Shown here piece after piece: positions 34,812 through 49,800 of a stretch of 60,000 bases of DNA. Position 1 is the stretch's first letter. The number at the start of each line of letters is the position of its first letter. Source of the stretch: Malacoraja senta. Its lineage: Eukaryota. The position numbers were made by a program, and so were the translations under genes. Below the pieces are notes generated by a model. The model was not told the origin of the DNA. It was given only the letters and a program-made list of their open reading frames with translations, and did no database searches. Location: assembly GCA_038087875.1 (NCBI GenBank), contig CM075998.1:1304001-1364000 (forward strand), read 5' to 3'.

Positions 34812-37800
34812 CTTTTTGAAGAAACAAAGAAATTCAAGTTAAATAGATGCTTTTCTTTCTCTTCCCCTTCAACTGCCCCTCCCCACTCCTCAAATTTTCT
34901 CCAGACATTGCTGACACACCTGGGTACATTTCTATTGGTGTTCTCTTCTATTTCATCAATTTATGATTTATTTGAACGGAAAAGAGATCATTTTGTACTC
35001 AGAATCATCGAGTCAGAGCATGGATATAGGCCCTTCACCCAACTTGTCCATGCTAACCAAGATGCCCCATCGACGCTAGTCCCAGCTGCCGCATTTGGCC
35101 TATATCCCTCTAAACCTTTCCTATCCATGTACCCGTTCAAATGTCTTTTAAATGCTGTTATAATACTTGCCTCAACTACCTCCCCGGGCAGCTCGTCCAT
35201 ATACCCACTACCCTCTGTGCTCAAGTCCCAGGGCGGTTTGATGCCCTCTCTCAACTGCTGACAGCTACCTTCCAAAGGAACTATAATTTGCCTGAAAGCT
35301 GCTGATGAATCCAGGGAACCACCTGCAACCTAGTGGTGAATCCTGGACACAATATCTGCCACAATAACATTACAAATCACATATTCATCATTTTGCAGAG
35401 GAGTACAAGCTGAAGATTGGACATACTGCTCCCAACAAATTGCTCATCACCAATCCCACAAAAACATCATCAGGCTCAGCCCATCATGGAGATCATGGGT
35501 AGGTCAGTAACAGTTCATCCCTGCCCATTGGAGCTGAAGCCTTATCTCTCTCTCTCTCTGACTAGCAAATGGAAAGACGGCCCAGGTTCTATTTCTGATT
35601 TTTATTGGTGGCTAAATTCACATCTTTGAGATAATGGAATGCACCTTTGAAGTGAACTCATCCTTACAATGGGAGGGGAGGAAGTCGCCAATCCCCTCAC
35701 ACTTTAAGACAACACTTTTATTCATATGCAAAACTTACATTTAAAAATTCCCAGTGTTCATCTCCTGGCACTTTGGTATCTTTCCCCGTGTATTTACATT
35801 GCTGCAATAGAACTTGGCCATACATGGCTCGAAGGCACAACTGCCTGCCAATGTTGTGGCGTATTTCAGACTGCGTGGTGTATTCAAAATACTGAAAATA
35901 TCAATGGGGGAAAAATGCATATTATCAAAACAGCATACATGGCAGATCTCCAAGCACAATAACAACACTTCTAACCCAATCTATATTCACTTTACTTCTC
36001 TTATTTCTCCTGAATGCATAGCACTGGAGCAGAGATAGGCTTCCATAGGCACCAACCACTGTTCGATAATAGTTATGTGAACCTTGAGAAACCTTTGTTT
36101 AAAGGGTCCGTTTAACTGGAAGTAGATATTATTATTTGTGGCCAAAACACAAAGTGCTGGAGGAACTCAGCAGGTCGGGCAGCATCTGTGGAGGGAATGG
36201 ACAGGCGACTTTAGTGTGGAAGAAGGATCCCGATCCAAAACGTTGCATGTCCATTCCTTCCACAGATGCTGCTTGACCCATTGAGTTCCTGCAGCACTGT
36301 GGTTTGCTCAAGATTCCAGCATCTGCTTTGTTCTTGCATCTCCATTATAATGAGTGGTATAATCTTACCCAATTAACCACTGGTTACTTGCGAGTCTAAA
36401 GAGCAAGCATTAGTGGACCATTTGACCCACCTGGAGAGTGGATAAATGGAGAAACCATCACAACTTTCCCACATCCAAAACCATTGCGCATTCCATTCCT
36501 ATAGAAGCAATCAGTGCAAAGTGGAAATTGTGTGCAATTTTCCCAATTGATTGAGGCACAACACCAGCAAAACCAAAACCCGGCCCTCAACACCAGCAAA
36601 ACCAAGGAACTGATTGTGGACTTTGGAAGGAGTAGGATAGGGACCCACAGTCCCGTTTATATCAACGGGTCGATGGTTGAAAGGGTCAAGAGCTTCAAAT
36701 TCCTGGGCGTGCACATCTCTGAAGATCTTTCCTGGTCCGAGAACACTGATGCAATTATTAAGAAAGCACATCAGCGCCTCTACTTCCTGAGAAGATTACA
36801 GAGAGTCGGTTTGTCAAGGAGGACTCTCTCTAACTTCTACAGGCGCACAGTAGAGAGCATGCTGACCGGTTGCATCGTGGCTTGGTTCGGCAACTTGAGC
36901 GCCCTGGAGAGGAAAAGACTACAAAAAGTAGTAAACACTGCCCGGTCCATCATCGACTCTGACCTCCCTTCCATCGAGGGGATCTATCGCAGTCGCTGCC
37001 TCAAAAAGGCTGGCAATATCATCAAGGACCCACACCATCCTGGCCACACATTCATCTCCCTTCTACCTTCAGGTAGAAGGTACAGGAGCCTGAAGACTGC
37101 AACGACCAGGTTCAGGAATAGTTACATCCCCACAGCCATCAGGCTATTAAACGTGGCTCGGACAAAACTCTGAACATTATTTATTTATTCATGTGTGTAT
37201 TTACGTATATAATGGTATATGGACACACTGATCTGTTTTGTAGTCAATGCCTACTATGTTCTGTTGTGCTGGAGCAAAGCACGAATTTCATTGTCCTGTC
37301 AGGGACACATGACAATAAACTCTCTTGACTTGACAAATCCAAGACTTGTTTGGTCTAAGAGGCACATTTACTCATCTTATATTGATGAGTCATACCAATC
37401 AGCACATTTTTTCCTCCCCCAATATTATGACAACTTGTTTCCTCTCTTTATCTTTCTAACTCAAGTTTTTAAAGAATCGACAACAGATCCCTTCTCTGCT
37501 TCACCTCCTGGGCTTGAGTGTCTTTGCCAAATGTCTTAGTGACTGTAATGGTACACAGCACTCAACATCAGACCACACCTCCCGACAACTTGCATTCCAC
37601 TACCTTGGCCAAAAGGTTAAGCATCTAATTACTTTGTTAATTGTTGTGTTAAAATCTTGATCATCTCATCTACTAAAACCCCCAGATCTCCCAATGTCAA
37701 TCATAGCTAACTCCAGACATAGTTGGAACACGAGCATCCTAACATTCCTGCCACGTACAATGATAATCTGCCATTTGTTCATCTATTTACATGATCCTTG

Positions 37801-40800
37801 GGTTGCAACTTCAAATACACCCACCCTCTCATACATTTGATATGGTCTGGAAAGTTGATTAGTTTGGCATGACAATTCAGTTAGTAGCACGTGATTTTCA
37901 AATTCACAGACAACACCACCATTGTGGGCTGGATATCAAATAATGATGAGACAGAGTACAGGAAGGAGATCGAGAACCTAGTAGCCTGGTGTCAAGACAA
38001 CAACCTTTCTCTCAATGTGAGCAAGAGAAAGGAAATAGTGATGGACTTCAGGAAGTGAAGCGGTACACATACCCCAGTTTGCATTGACGGTGCCGAAATA
38101 AACTTCAAATTCCTCAGAGTCAATATCACCAACAACCTCTCCTGGACCACCCATATTAAAGTAACGACCAAGAAAGCACACCAACGCCTCTACTTCTTTA
38201 GAAGGCTTAGGAAGTTCTCACCAACTCACTAGCTTTTACAGATGCACCATAGAAAGCATTTTATCAGGATGCATCACAGCTTGGTTTGGGAACAGCTTCA
38301 TCCAAGACCGCAAGAAATTGCAGCGAATTGTGCACGCAGCCCAGCCATCACACAATGGCGGATGTGGCGGCGCCTAACGGCAGCGGCTCGACTGCAGTCC
38401 GTCTGTCTTTTTTTAATTTTTGTCTAGTTAAATGTAGTTGTTTGTGTTTTTTTATATTGTTTTTAACTGTGTATATGTGGGGGGCGGAGGGGGGAACTTA
38501 AAAAAATCTCTTCCCTGTATGGAGCACCCGACCTTTCTCTGTCGGGTCTCCGTTGTCGTTGGGGCCTAGCACCGTGGAGAGGCCTCCAACCGGAACGACC
38601 TGGGGCTCCAGTCGCGGAGCCTGCGGACTACTCACCATCGTGGAGCTGGCCGAGTTCGGAGCGTGGAGAGCTGTGGTGGCGCGCGGCTGTGACCCGACCC
38701 CAGAACTTCGGAGGCTCCAGCCGCGGGTCTGGTGGACGGTGACATCGGGAGCTCGCGGGTCCCTGGTGGGAGACCGCTTTTCGGGGCTTCCGCAACGGCA
38801 ACTTCTCCCGCCCGAGTTGCGGGGTTGAGGATGACCTGGAGCAGGGTCTAACATCGCCCGGCGCGGCTTTAATGGCCACGGGACTTGCTAGCGCTACCGG
38901 GGGCTCCAACATCAAGACCCGGAGCGCGGCCTTGCATCGCCCGGCGCAGCTTTAATGGCCGCGGGACTTATTTTCCATCGCCCGCCGGGGGCTCTGACTC
39001 TGACATCGGGAGGAGAATGGGGAGTGCAGGGGAGAGATAAGACTTTGCCTTCCATCACAGCGAGGAGGAGATTCGCTGTGATGGATGTTTGTGTAAATTG
39101 TGTTGTGTCTTGGTTCTTTTTACTTGTTTGTATGACTGCAGAAACCAAATTTCGTTTGAACCTCATTTGAGGTTCAAATGACAATAAATGGTATTGTATT
39201 GTATTGTATACCAACCTCCCTTCTATTGACACCATTTTTACCTCATGCTGCCTCGGCAAGGCCAGCCGCATAATAAAGGACGAGTCGCACCCTGGCCACT
39301 CTCTCATCTCCCCTCTCCCGTCAGGCAAATGGTATAAACGTGTGAAAACGCACACCTCCAGATTCAGGGACAGTTTATTCCCAGCTGTTATCAGTCAACT
39401 GAACCATCCTACCACAACTAGAGAGCAGTGCTGAACTACTATCTGCCTCGTTGGTGACCCTCGGCTAACATTGATCGGACTTTGCTGGCTTTACCTTGCA
39501 CTAAACGTTATTCCCTTATCATGTATCTATACGCTATAAATGGCTCGATTGTAATCATGTATTGTCTTCCTGCTGACTGCATAGCACGTAACAAAAGCTT
39601 TTCACTGTACACCTGACAATAAACTAAACTGAAATTGATCCCGACAAGGAACACAGACAGGCGCACTTTTAGAACTGCTTGCTTTTTCAAATGGTACCTG
39701 ATTGCCTCCCATTCCATGACATGGGTACATTATCAGAGGTTTTCCACCATGATTGTTTTCCCCAGCATCCAAGCAGCTTCCAGTTCCCTTGTTTTTAATC
39801 TGCAAAACATGCAGTAAATGTTCAGCAATTGATCATTTTGATAATCCATGCGACAAAGCAAATTGTACAATTGTTGAAAAGGTGGTGATTGCAAAACAAT
39901 AATCGCGCTGATAACAAGATAAAAAACACCAATACAGGAGCAATGCAGATTGAAGTGACGAACCAATCACTTGTCTAATGGCTTCACGACTTCTGACAAC
40001 AGCATTATTAATGACCCTATGCCTATGGACCTGCAGCATAAAACCACTCCAAATTTAACAAAGGGTGGAGAATATAAAAACTATGCAGTCGGGACTTAAC
40101 AAGTGGAGGCAGCTCTTCAGCCTCATGCTGGTTCTGCTTCTCAACATTACAAATGCACAAATTAAACTTGGATTTCTGTAGGGTTCATTACATGGAGAGA
40201 TGTATATTATAGGACATCTAAACTGGGAGTAGGGATTGAGTGCAAGGATACAGGACAGAAATCCGAAGACTAGGAGAAAAAGTGCCAAGGGAAATAATTT
40301 GGGAAGGTGGGATCCAAACAACATTGAGCAGCATTTATTCCATTTATACATTAAAAATAATTAAGGAATACAGATTTTTAATAAATCATAGTTAAAAACA
40401 ATTTGCTGTTCTAGTTTAAAAGTATTGTTCTGGAAGCACTCAATAACTCTGGAGCTAAATGCTCCTTGCCCAACCTTGGGAAGTTTGGTTCATAGATTTT
40501 AAAATGCAAATGAGAAAAAAACCCTCAAAATTATGATCAAAATCAAAACCAGATCAAGATATTAAAACATTCACCCATTTCAAAACCTTGGTGCAATTTC
40601 AATGCCTGTTAAATCTGTTGAAAAACTATTTCTTAATTTAAATAAAAGGAAAAATTGCAATTCAGAATCAATTCATTCATTTTAAACAAACCAAAGCTTA
40701 TTAATTTAATGCATCATTAAACTCACCGCTCCATAACGTATTGGAGAGAAATCTGGTATAAAGATTTCAGGATAAATGTTCTGCAGATACCAGGTAAAGT

Positions 40801-43800
40801 TCTTGCACTTTAATCGCTCTTTCAACTGAAACCTTTCTGAAAGATCGCCAAAACTTTTCTATAAATAGGGGAAAAAAAAAAGATGAATCCCAAATCCATC
40901 ATGTACTATAAATTGGAAGAAAAATACACCTTTACACAGAAGCAAGTCAGTATTCCATTCAGTCACGATTATGAGTGTAGGAAATAACACATCCTAAAAC
41001 TTTAAATGCTAAATAGGTTTCCAAGGGAGGCAAGCAGTTACAAAGCAGGAAATTTCACCACTATTATTTCAGACAAAAGTGTCTTGTCATGCTCTTTTTC
41101 TAACAGGCGGTGGGATCCTTTGCACCCACGTGACGTATATGCTTTCATGTCTTGTTGGAAAAACACCAGTTCCGATTGAACCGCCCTTTAATCCCTCAAG
41201 ATAGATTATAGTAACGGAGCAAAATCTGGGAGGCAAAGACCAGGGTCTGCTCTGAATAGAAATACCGTTAACCAGGTATTGGAGAAAAGAAAAGCAAAAA
41301 TCCCTCCAGGATTTGAAGGAGTAACTACCAACTGTGTCACTCACCTCACGGGCCATTGTTTCTGCCTGCTGGTTCCTCCTGTAAAACAGCTCCTTGTAGT
41401 GATCCATCCAGACCTCAGCCAGACGCACCTGGTTGCGGGCAATTACCTGCACACCTTTTGGGAAGCTGTGCGGGCTCTTGGTACGGAACACATGGCCCAC
41501 CACTGAACAGGGAATGATCTCCAACTGCCCACCGCATTGCCAAACCTAAAGAAAATTACACAACATGGCCGTTAGTCCATGGTGAACATCAAAAGTTAAT
41601 AAAAGGGTATTATTTAAACAGAATTTCCTTAATAATTCACATTTACCAATCAATTTCTAGTAAATTTATTAAGAAAAATACTTCAACTTAGTAAGAAAAA
41701 AAAACCATAGGGAATATTTTTGGTCAATTAAAAAGAGAATTCCTAATACTTGTGTCCTTTAAGAATAAAAATGATGCTCATTATCATGGCTGATTATGGC
41801 CATCTAATATCCTGTTTAAACATCTATCCTGGTTTTGAATAGCGATTGAAGGCAATACAGAGGGAATGGACTATGAAGAGTTACCAATTCAGGCATTTTT
41901 GAGGCGTGGAACTGAACTGTCAGAACAGGTACTTGTACAGATTGTTACATCAATGCGCTGCAACAACTTACTTCATTTTATTCACAGTTAGATTCAGCCA
42001 ATGTTGCACACGTTACTCGTTTCCAATTGCACTGTCCTTTTTCAGCCACCTTCCCCACCCTGACCCCACCACCTACATTGTCAGCCTGTACCCCAAATTT
42101 AGCTTAAAGGCAGAAAATCTCCATCTCCAACATCCCTACTGAACAGAATGAAGACTCCAGCCTTAATTGATTTTAGACTTGTACTTCATCGTAATCCACA
42201 AGGGATGATCTATAAAGCTAGAAGACATTTGCCATCCAGACAAAACCCTTGTTTCTCTCCAGTACCCCCCCCCCCCCCATCCCCTCAAACAAACATATCA
42301 GCTGGCTTCTTAAAATGACTTATAACCTCCAAATATCCCAGAGTGCTTTGCCGCAACAAGGTACTTTTAAGCATAACCACCATTGTAAAGCAGGAAATAT
42401 GCAGCCAATATGCACACATCAAGATCCCACAATCATAACCACCTGACAATGTTTCCAGAGATGTTGGTTTGAGGGATAAATATTGGCTTTGACAAGGGTG
42501 TCCTTTCCTGCTCTTCTAGCAAGAGCTGTGGGATCCTTCATGTCCACTTGATTTAAGTCCCATTTGAAAGACGCCAGGTTTGATTGGACAGTACTCTCTG
42601 GGTACTGCACCAAAGTGTCAATCTACACGGTCGGTTCCCAAGATCATCAACTAGAATTGTCAGCTTTGTTTTCCTTGCCACTAATGCTATCTGACATGCT
42701 AACATTGACAGCATTTCATTTTTAATCTCCTGAAGGTGTGCGTGGAATGTCCTGAAAGGTTTAATCTTTGCGCATTTTACCCTTCAGCCCATCAACATCC
42801 AATATCATTAAAAAAAAATCAGAAGTATAGCTGTGCAGTTGAATTGAATGACAAAATGAGCGACTGTCTGTACTATTGCGCCCACTGGTTGATCGTGCCT
42901 CATCTTCACAATATTTAGACCCTGACGTGTATGTAGTTTGTATGTAGGAAGGAACTGCCGATGCTGGTTTACACCGAAAATAGACACATGTAGTTTGAGG
43001 TATTTTGAAGTCCTGCTACCAAAAATTAATTAGTTTTCAACTATAATAATGTAAAATGTATGAGTGTTGACATGGCAAAAGCACATCCCATATTCAAAGG
43101 AAGCCTGCAAAAACCATTTATTTCACAAATTAAGCCTGTCTAAGTGATGGTACTTGAAACATGGACATTCAACTTTCTCAACCTCCAGGGAAAGATCTCT
43201 CTATTCCTCCATCATAATCCAAATACATCTGAATGCAAGGAATTGGATCGTTAATTCAAAAAGGTATTTGTGTATTTCTCCTCCAAACATAACATACTGT
43301 TAATTAGTGGCATCAATGTGATGGTATGAATGTCCTTGTGTCACAAGGGCATATGATGTAGTTAACACATCTTACATTTCTCCTTCATAGATCTCCAAAA
43401 TAGAACAGCCTAGCCATTTAAATACTGCCCCTTATCATTCTCCAGTAGAGGCAGCACACATTGAGCTCACAATAATTAACAGCAAACATTGCCCAGAAAT
43501 GGAGTTCAGGGCTGTTCTCACTCCGTTTACATGTAAGACTTAAAGATAGACCATTTGTGGATGATGGAGGGATTACAACTGAAATGTTTCAAAAACAGTA
43601 CAGGATAAAATGAGAAGCAACAGCTAGAACCAAGTTATGAAAGTGTAGTTCACCTAGAAAGTGTCAAACAGGGGTAATTAAGATTTCTATTGTGTTTATG
43701 TCATGCCAACAACATAGAAAATACATCCAAAGGCACCTCTAAGGATAATAGTCAGACAGACAGTCACAGCGAGGAAGGCAAACCAATTGGTCAAAGAAAT

Positions 43801-46800
43801 TGCTTCCAGCCAGTTTCAAAGTTGAAAGCAGAGGAGAATTGGAAAAAATGCAAAAGAGGAATGAAGAATTGGGCTTGTGGCCATGGGGTTGGCGCAAAAC
43901 CAAGATCTAATTAGATTATTCAGTATTGTTATCAAGCCAGCCTTAGCAAATCTGCCTGGTTAACATCCATGTGACTTTAAAAGAACAGATATGAATTAAT
44001 AACAATTACGTTTTCTGCGACATGTCTTTTGAAAAAAAGGGACTTGCATTTATGTAGCATCTTTCATGATCTGAATAGATTTCAAAACACATCACAGCCA
44101 GTGATGCACTTTTGGAATATAGTTAACGCTGTAATGGAGGCAAAGAACAGTCAATTTGCGCAGAGCATGCTCCTGAAGTTACGTAAATGATCAGATTTTA
44201 GTGATCAGTTTTAGATATTGGGCAAGAGATATTTATTGGCTGGGACACTGGAAGAAACGTGCTAGTTTTCTTTGAAAAGTGTTCTGGGATTATTATGCCT
44301 CCTTGAGAGGTTCAACATTTCAACTGAAAGACAGCACCTCCGGCAGTGCATTAAACGTCAGTTTGGCACGGGACTAGATTNNNNNNNNNNNNNNNNNNNN
44401 NNNNNNNNNNNNNNNNNNNNNNNNNNNNNNNNNNNNNNNNNNNNNNNNNNNNNNNNNNNNNNNNNNNNNNNNNNNNNNNNNNNNNNNNNNNNNNNNNNNN
44501 NNNNNNNNNNNNNNNNNNNNNNNNNNNNNNNNNNNNNNNNNNNNNNNNNNNNNNNNNNNNNNNNNNNNNNNNNNNNNNNNTCAGCCTTAAAATGTATGGA
44601 ATTTTTGAGACCATTTATTCTCAGGATAGATTACTTGGATGAAAATGTAGTTGGGTTGGTTAATAAGTTTGCAGAAGACACTAAAATGTATGAAGGTGTG
44701 GACCATAAAGACAGCTGTGAAAGGATACATCAGGATATAGATTAGTTACAGATATGGGCAGGGTAACAGCATATGGAGTTGAATCCAGGCAAGTGTGAGA
44801 TGCTGCACTGTGGGAGGTCAAACGAAAGGATAAATTATCCAGTTAATGGCAGGATCCTCAACAGCTTCGACGTACAGAGGGATCTTGGAGTTAAAGTCCA
44901 TAGCTCCCTGAAAGTAACAGTGGTCAGGAAGGCAAATGGCATGCTTGCGTTCATCGGTCAAGGCACCGAATATAAACGTCGAGAAGTCATGTTGCAGCTT
45001 TATAAAACTTTGATTGGGCTGCATTTGGAGTGTTTTATGCAGTTCTGGTCTCATTACACAAAGGAGAGGGTGCAGAAGAGGTTTATCAAGATGCAGCCTG
45101 GATTAGAGGGACCAGGTTGTGAGGAGACATTGGACCAACTTGGATTGTTTACCCCCAGAGCAGAGGGAGGACCCGATAGAAACTTATAAATTTATGAGAG
45201 GCATAGCTAAGGAAGACAGTCAGAACTCCCCCCCCCCCCCCCCCCCCCATCATGGAAATGTCAAATATTTGAGAGCATACCTTAAACGTGAGGTGGGGGA
45301 GAACATTTAAAGGATATGTGCAGTGGTTGCCTTAGATAGGCACATGAATATGCAGGTAGTGGAGAGATATAGTTCACACGTAGGCAGAAGGAATTTGTTT
45401 AAATAGGCCTCCTATTTGGTGGTAGACAAAAGTGCTGGAGAAACTCAGCGGGTGAGGCAGCATCTATGGAGCCAAGGAAATCGGCCACGTTTCAGGCCAA
45501 AACCCTTATTCAGACTGAGGTCGTGTTTGGCACAAACTTGGTGGGCCAAAGGGCTTGTTCTTGTGCTGTACTGTTCTATGTTCTAAGTAATACCAAAGAG
45601 CCACTTTGATTGCCTATACCTGGTTGCTCAAAGATGGCAATGTGCCAGATCCTTGAACTTATGGTGTGCCCACAATTCATATTGTACTATTCTTGATATT
45701 CCTAGCGATGCAATACATTTTTTTTACAAGGTTAATTCCCGGGATGGCGGGACTGGCTGAGAGAATGAAGCGGCTGGGCTTGTATACACTGGAATTTGGA
45801 AGGATGAGAGGGGATCTTATTGAAACATAAGATTAAGGGTTTGGCCACACTAGAGGCAGGAAACATGTTCCCGATGTTGGGGGAGTCCAGAAACAGGGGC
45901 CAGAGTTTAAGAATAAGGGGTAAGCCATTTAGAACAGAGATGAGGAAACACTTTTTCACACAAAGAGTTATGAGTCTGTGGAATTCTCTGCCTCAGTGGA
46001 ATTGAGGTGGAAGCCGGTTCTCTGGATACTTTCAAGAGAGAGCTAGATAGGGCTCTTAAAGATAGCGGAGTCAGGGGATATGGGGAGAAGGCAGGAACAG
46101 GGTACTGATTGGGGATGATCAGCCATGATCACATTGAATGGCGGTGCTGGCTCAAAGGGCCGAATGGCCTACTCCTGCACCTATTGTCTATTTTGCAGCT
46201 GTTAGCGATGCCATTGACTGTTCAAATTTAGACACACGATGCCAGTTGTGAACTGTTTTTAAATATAATCCCAGGATCCACTATCACAAGTGGCATGAAG
46301 TTAAGGTGGGCACATTTCCAGGAGTCTACACATCCTGCCATGTCTAAATAAGTAGTGTGGCGGCAACAAAAAGGCAAGTGGCAACTTAATGCTTTCCAAA
46401 ATCCAATTCCTGAAGCAGCATGTGGATTTATACAGGGAATGCCATTTGTTCAGGTGTCCTTCAACGGTCATGACCAGAGCAAGGTGTCAGACTGAGCAGC
46501 AGTCACTTAGATAGAAATAGTGGGGAAAACCGTATGGGATTTCTGAACACAAAAAAATCCTCCACTTTTGACAGAAACAACTGACGAGAACATTATCATC
46601 TCAGGACAGCCTCCACTCAACTCCACAGCAGTCTCCCGAAACTGGTGATGCTGCGTTGAAATCCCAGATAAAAATCCCTTTGCATTTGAAAAGGACCATT
46701 GATTGTCCTTTATATGAAACTAGAGAGAAACTGCTTTCAGTCACAACAGGGCACGCTTTGTGAAAACATTCAGCTTTCCCGTTTCCTCTGTTGGGTTTGG

Positions 46801-49800
46801 TTACACGTGGGCCTCAATGTTTTCTAAAGGATACGATCATGAAAATAATGATATTCATCCTGTATCAGTGCTTCAGTTAACCTGAATCAGGGCAACCTCT
46901 ACCCTTAACATTTATTCAAATATAACCTCTACCCTTAACATTTATCCAAATACAACTGCTTTCACTATAATTTTAACAAGCTGCTTACCGGCTTTCTCAC
47001 CTGTTACAGATTTATTGCATGATCAGAGACCAGCATAAATGCATTTATATAAAAAGCAACAGCTCAACAAAAATAAACCCAGCTGATCTGGGCTCGTTTT
47101 TAAAAAAAGTGGTCATTTGTTTTCAGAGAGTACCCTGTTCCAGTTTGCATGCATTGTCATCCATGGTCAGATATAAATCAGTGGTTCCTCTTATCACCCT
47201 TAACTGTAGATTTCTTCACCCATTACTGCATCATCCAGGTATTCCCAAATCATGCCCTGGAGAAAGGCTGCCCATTAGCATCCATAGAGTTCATTTCAGA
47301 GTTGGTTTCTCAAAGCTTCACAGAGAATTCTGCCCAGTGTTTGATTCAGACAGTTGTGTATTGGCAGATAGATATGCTGATCATCACTGAGGGGATCAAA
47401 ACATTATCCAAATCACACGACCCATCAAAACAACCCTAAAATGGAAAAATGCAAGACCAATGTTTGATATCACCTGTACATTTGGTAAATCACACATGAT
47501 GAACCACTGGGCTAACTGGTTCTTTAAACCCTGTTCAATTTCAAAATTGGCCTCCTGACACTTGCATGTGAGACTTGACATTCAAAAAGTCATATTTTAT
47601 AGTCATTCACGAGCTGCTGTAACCAGCAGACAAGAACTCACACAGAACTGACTGCAGTCAAGAAAGAAAAACAACTTTTGGCGTCATGTTATTGTAGTGA
47701 AAGCAATATTTGCTGCATTTTGGCCGTTCAAGGCATTATTGGGCTTTGCGCTCTTGGATCATGTGACGCTGTATTTGCGCTGTAATTTGCTGGGATTTTG
47801 ACCCATTTACAGTGTGATCAGGTCGATAATGAATCGGGGATGGCGAGCACGCTGCAGCATAATCTTCACAGCAACTACATAACACCATTGGAAGTAGTAA
47901 CACCGGAATTCAAACTGAGGTGCAACATATAAAGTCACGCGAGCTGCAACCTCTTACAATCGACTCAAAAAGTTTTTTCCCCCAAAAAAACATTATCAAA
48001 GGCTGAAAACTCTTTGCAGTAATCTTTACTGCCTATTCCCACTGAACGATTGTATGATCAATCAATCTTGTCCCTTCACTAATGAACAAGTTGTGCATGA
48101 AGAAAAAAGGAGAACAGAGTTGCAAGCACTTCTCCCACCAAGTTAAGATCCAGGACCCTCAATTGGGCACTGCAGATTTAGTGTTGACAAAAAAGGTGTC
48201 AAGTGGCACACGTATACTACATAGCAGATCAAATCAAAATCAAATTGAATGGTCTATCAAAACAATCTTAAAAGAGGCAAGGAGAAATCTTTTTTATAGT
48301 TAGCGTCACCGATTTGTTAGAGAGCGAGAGAATCTCACAATCCATTATCCCACCAATAAAAAGACACAAAGTGCTATGGAAACTCAGCGGCTCGGGCAAC
48401 ATCTCTGGAGAGCATGGATAGGCCACGTTTTGGGTGCATCTACATTATCCCACCAAGTTAGCTTTCATCTTCCCACCTATTCTATTGAAAGCATGGTATT
48501 CCTCCTCAAAGACCACTCACTCTTCTTATTTGAAGACTGGTGATTAAGATGGTCTTGAACAGGCCAATATTCTACTGTTCAAAAACAATTCTCTGTATTA
48601 GTGCCTTTGGTTCTAATATTCATTTGGAATCAAGTTAAAAATCAACTATTATGGGACGACATCCTCTTTGGATTACATACAATTATAATAAAGACAGTTG
48701 TCTCATAACCAAAGAGGAAGAATAGGTTATTGAGAATATATAATTTTAAATATTTAATACAAATAAAAAGATGGTCCCACGGTGCAATTTCACCCTAGCA
48801 ACATCACAGCTGCATTTCTTTGGTACAGTAATGATACTGATAATTATAGCCTGTTAAATATGGGTGGGAACAAGTGTCAATACTCCAAACATTTATTAAA
48901 AACCATGGAAAACCCACAGAGGTTAGGAGTCAAGCAAGCTTCAACCACATACCCACAGCAGAGGTCATATTTTGTGGTTATCCCAGCGACCGTTTTAAAG
49001 TGCAAATAGTGTAGTTTCCATATAATGCACAGTGCAAGACATTGGGTATATTTATGGACTTTTCCTCTGCCTTGACATTCATTAGTCCCCCCCACACCCT
49101 TCTGCTCATTGGCATCGGTCTCTTCCTGAACTATGGTTCAATGTTACTTTGTGTCACGCTACCCAACCTCACTCACAAAACCTTGCCAAAATACCCATGC
49201 TTCATGCACAACTGTTTTAAAGAAAAAGTTCAAAAAGACCTCGCCCTTGTTGGTCAGGGAAGTGGAACTTATGCCAAAGGATGAAATAAAAGAGCATTGA
49301 CTCCACCAAGCTAGCCAATAAAATGTGGCTTCCTGTGCATGTGAAGCCTTCTCACATGTATGTTGATATACGACCGTGCCTTTCGTGACTGAGAATCAGT
49401 GCTGCCCTATTGGTACAATTAGGTAGCAGAGTGTTCTTTCACCTCTGGATTCTTCAGTCACTGATCAAACTGGTGGGATTTTGTTCTACAATTTGGCAAT
49501 ATTGGCAGGGTAGGTTCTAATGCCCAAAGGACAACTTGGAAATTAACTAAATTAGAAATTAACTAAAAGATAATGGTGTGCATCAGAGCCAGTCTCATGG
49601 ACAATCTGGATCCCTTGCAATTTGTGTACAGGAAAAATAGGTCTAATGGAAGACACCATCTCCCTTGCACTGCATTCAGCTCTGCATCATCTTGATTACA
49701 AGATCACTTATGTTAGGATGTTGTTCATTGACTGCAGCTAAGCCTTCAATACTAAATAAGCTCATCTCCAAACTTCTGGACCTATGCCTTGGATCATCAT

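Noticed and set aside
43090..43230. VFAGFL-like reading as a candidate for the missing GALNT6 exon
   Set aside because: In-frame stop, no WGGEN motif and no suitable splice sites
44272..44745. ORFs spanning the N run
   Set aside because: Artefacts of translating through the assembly gap
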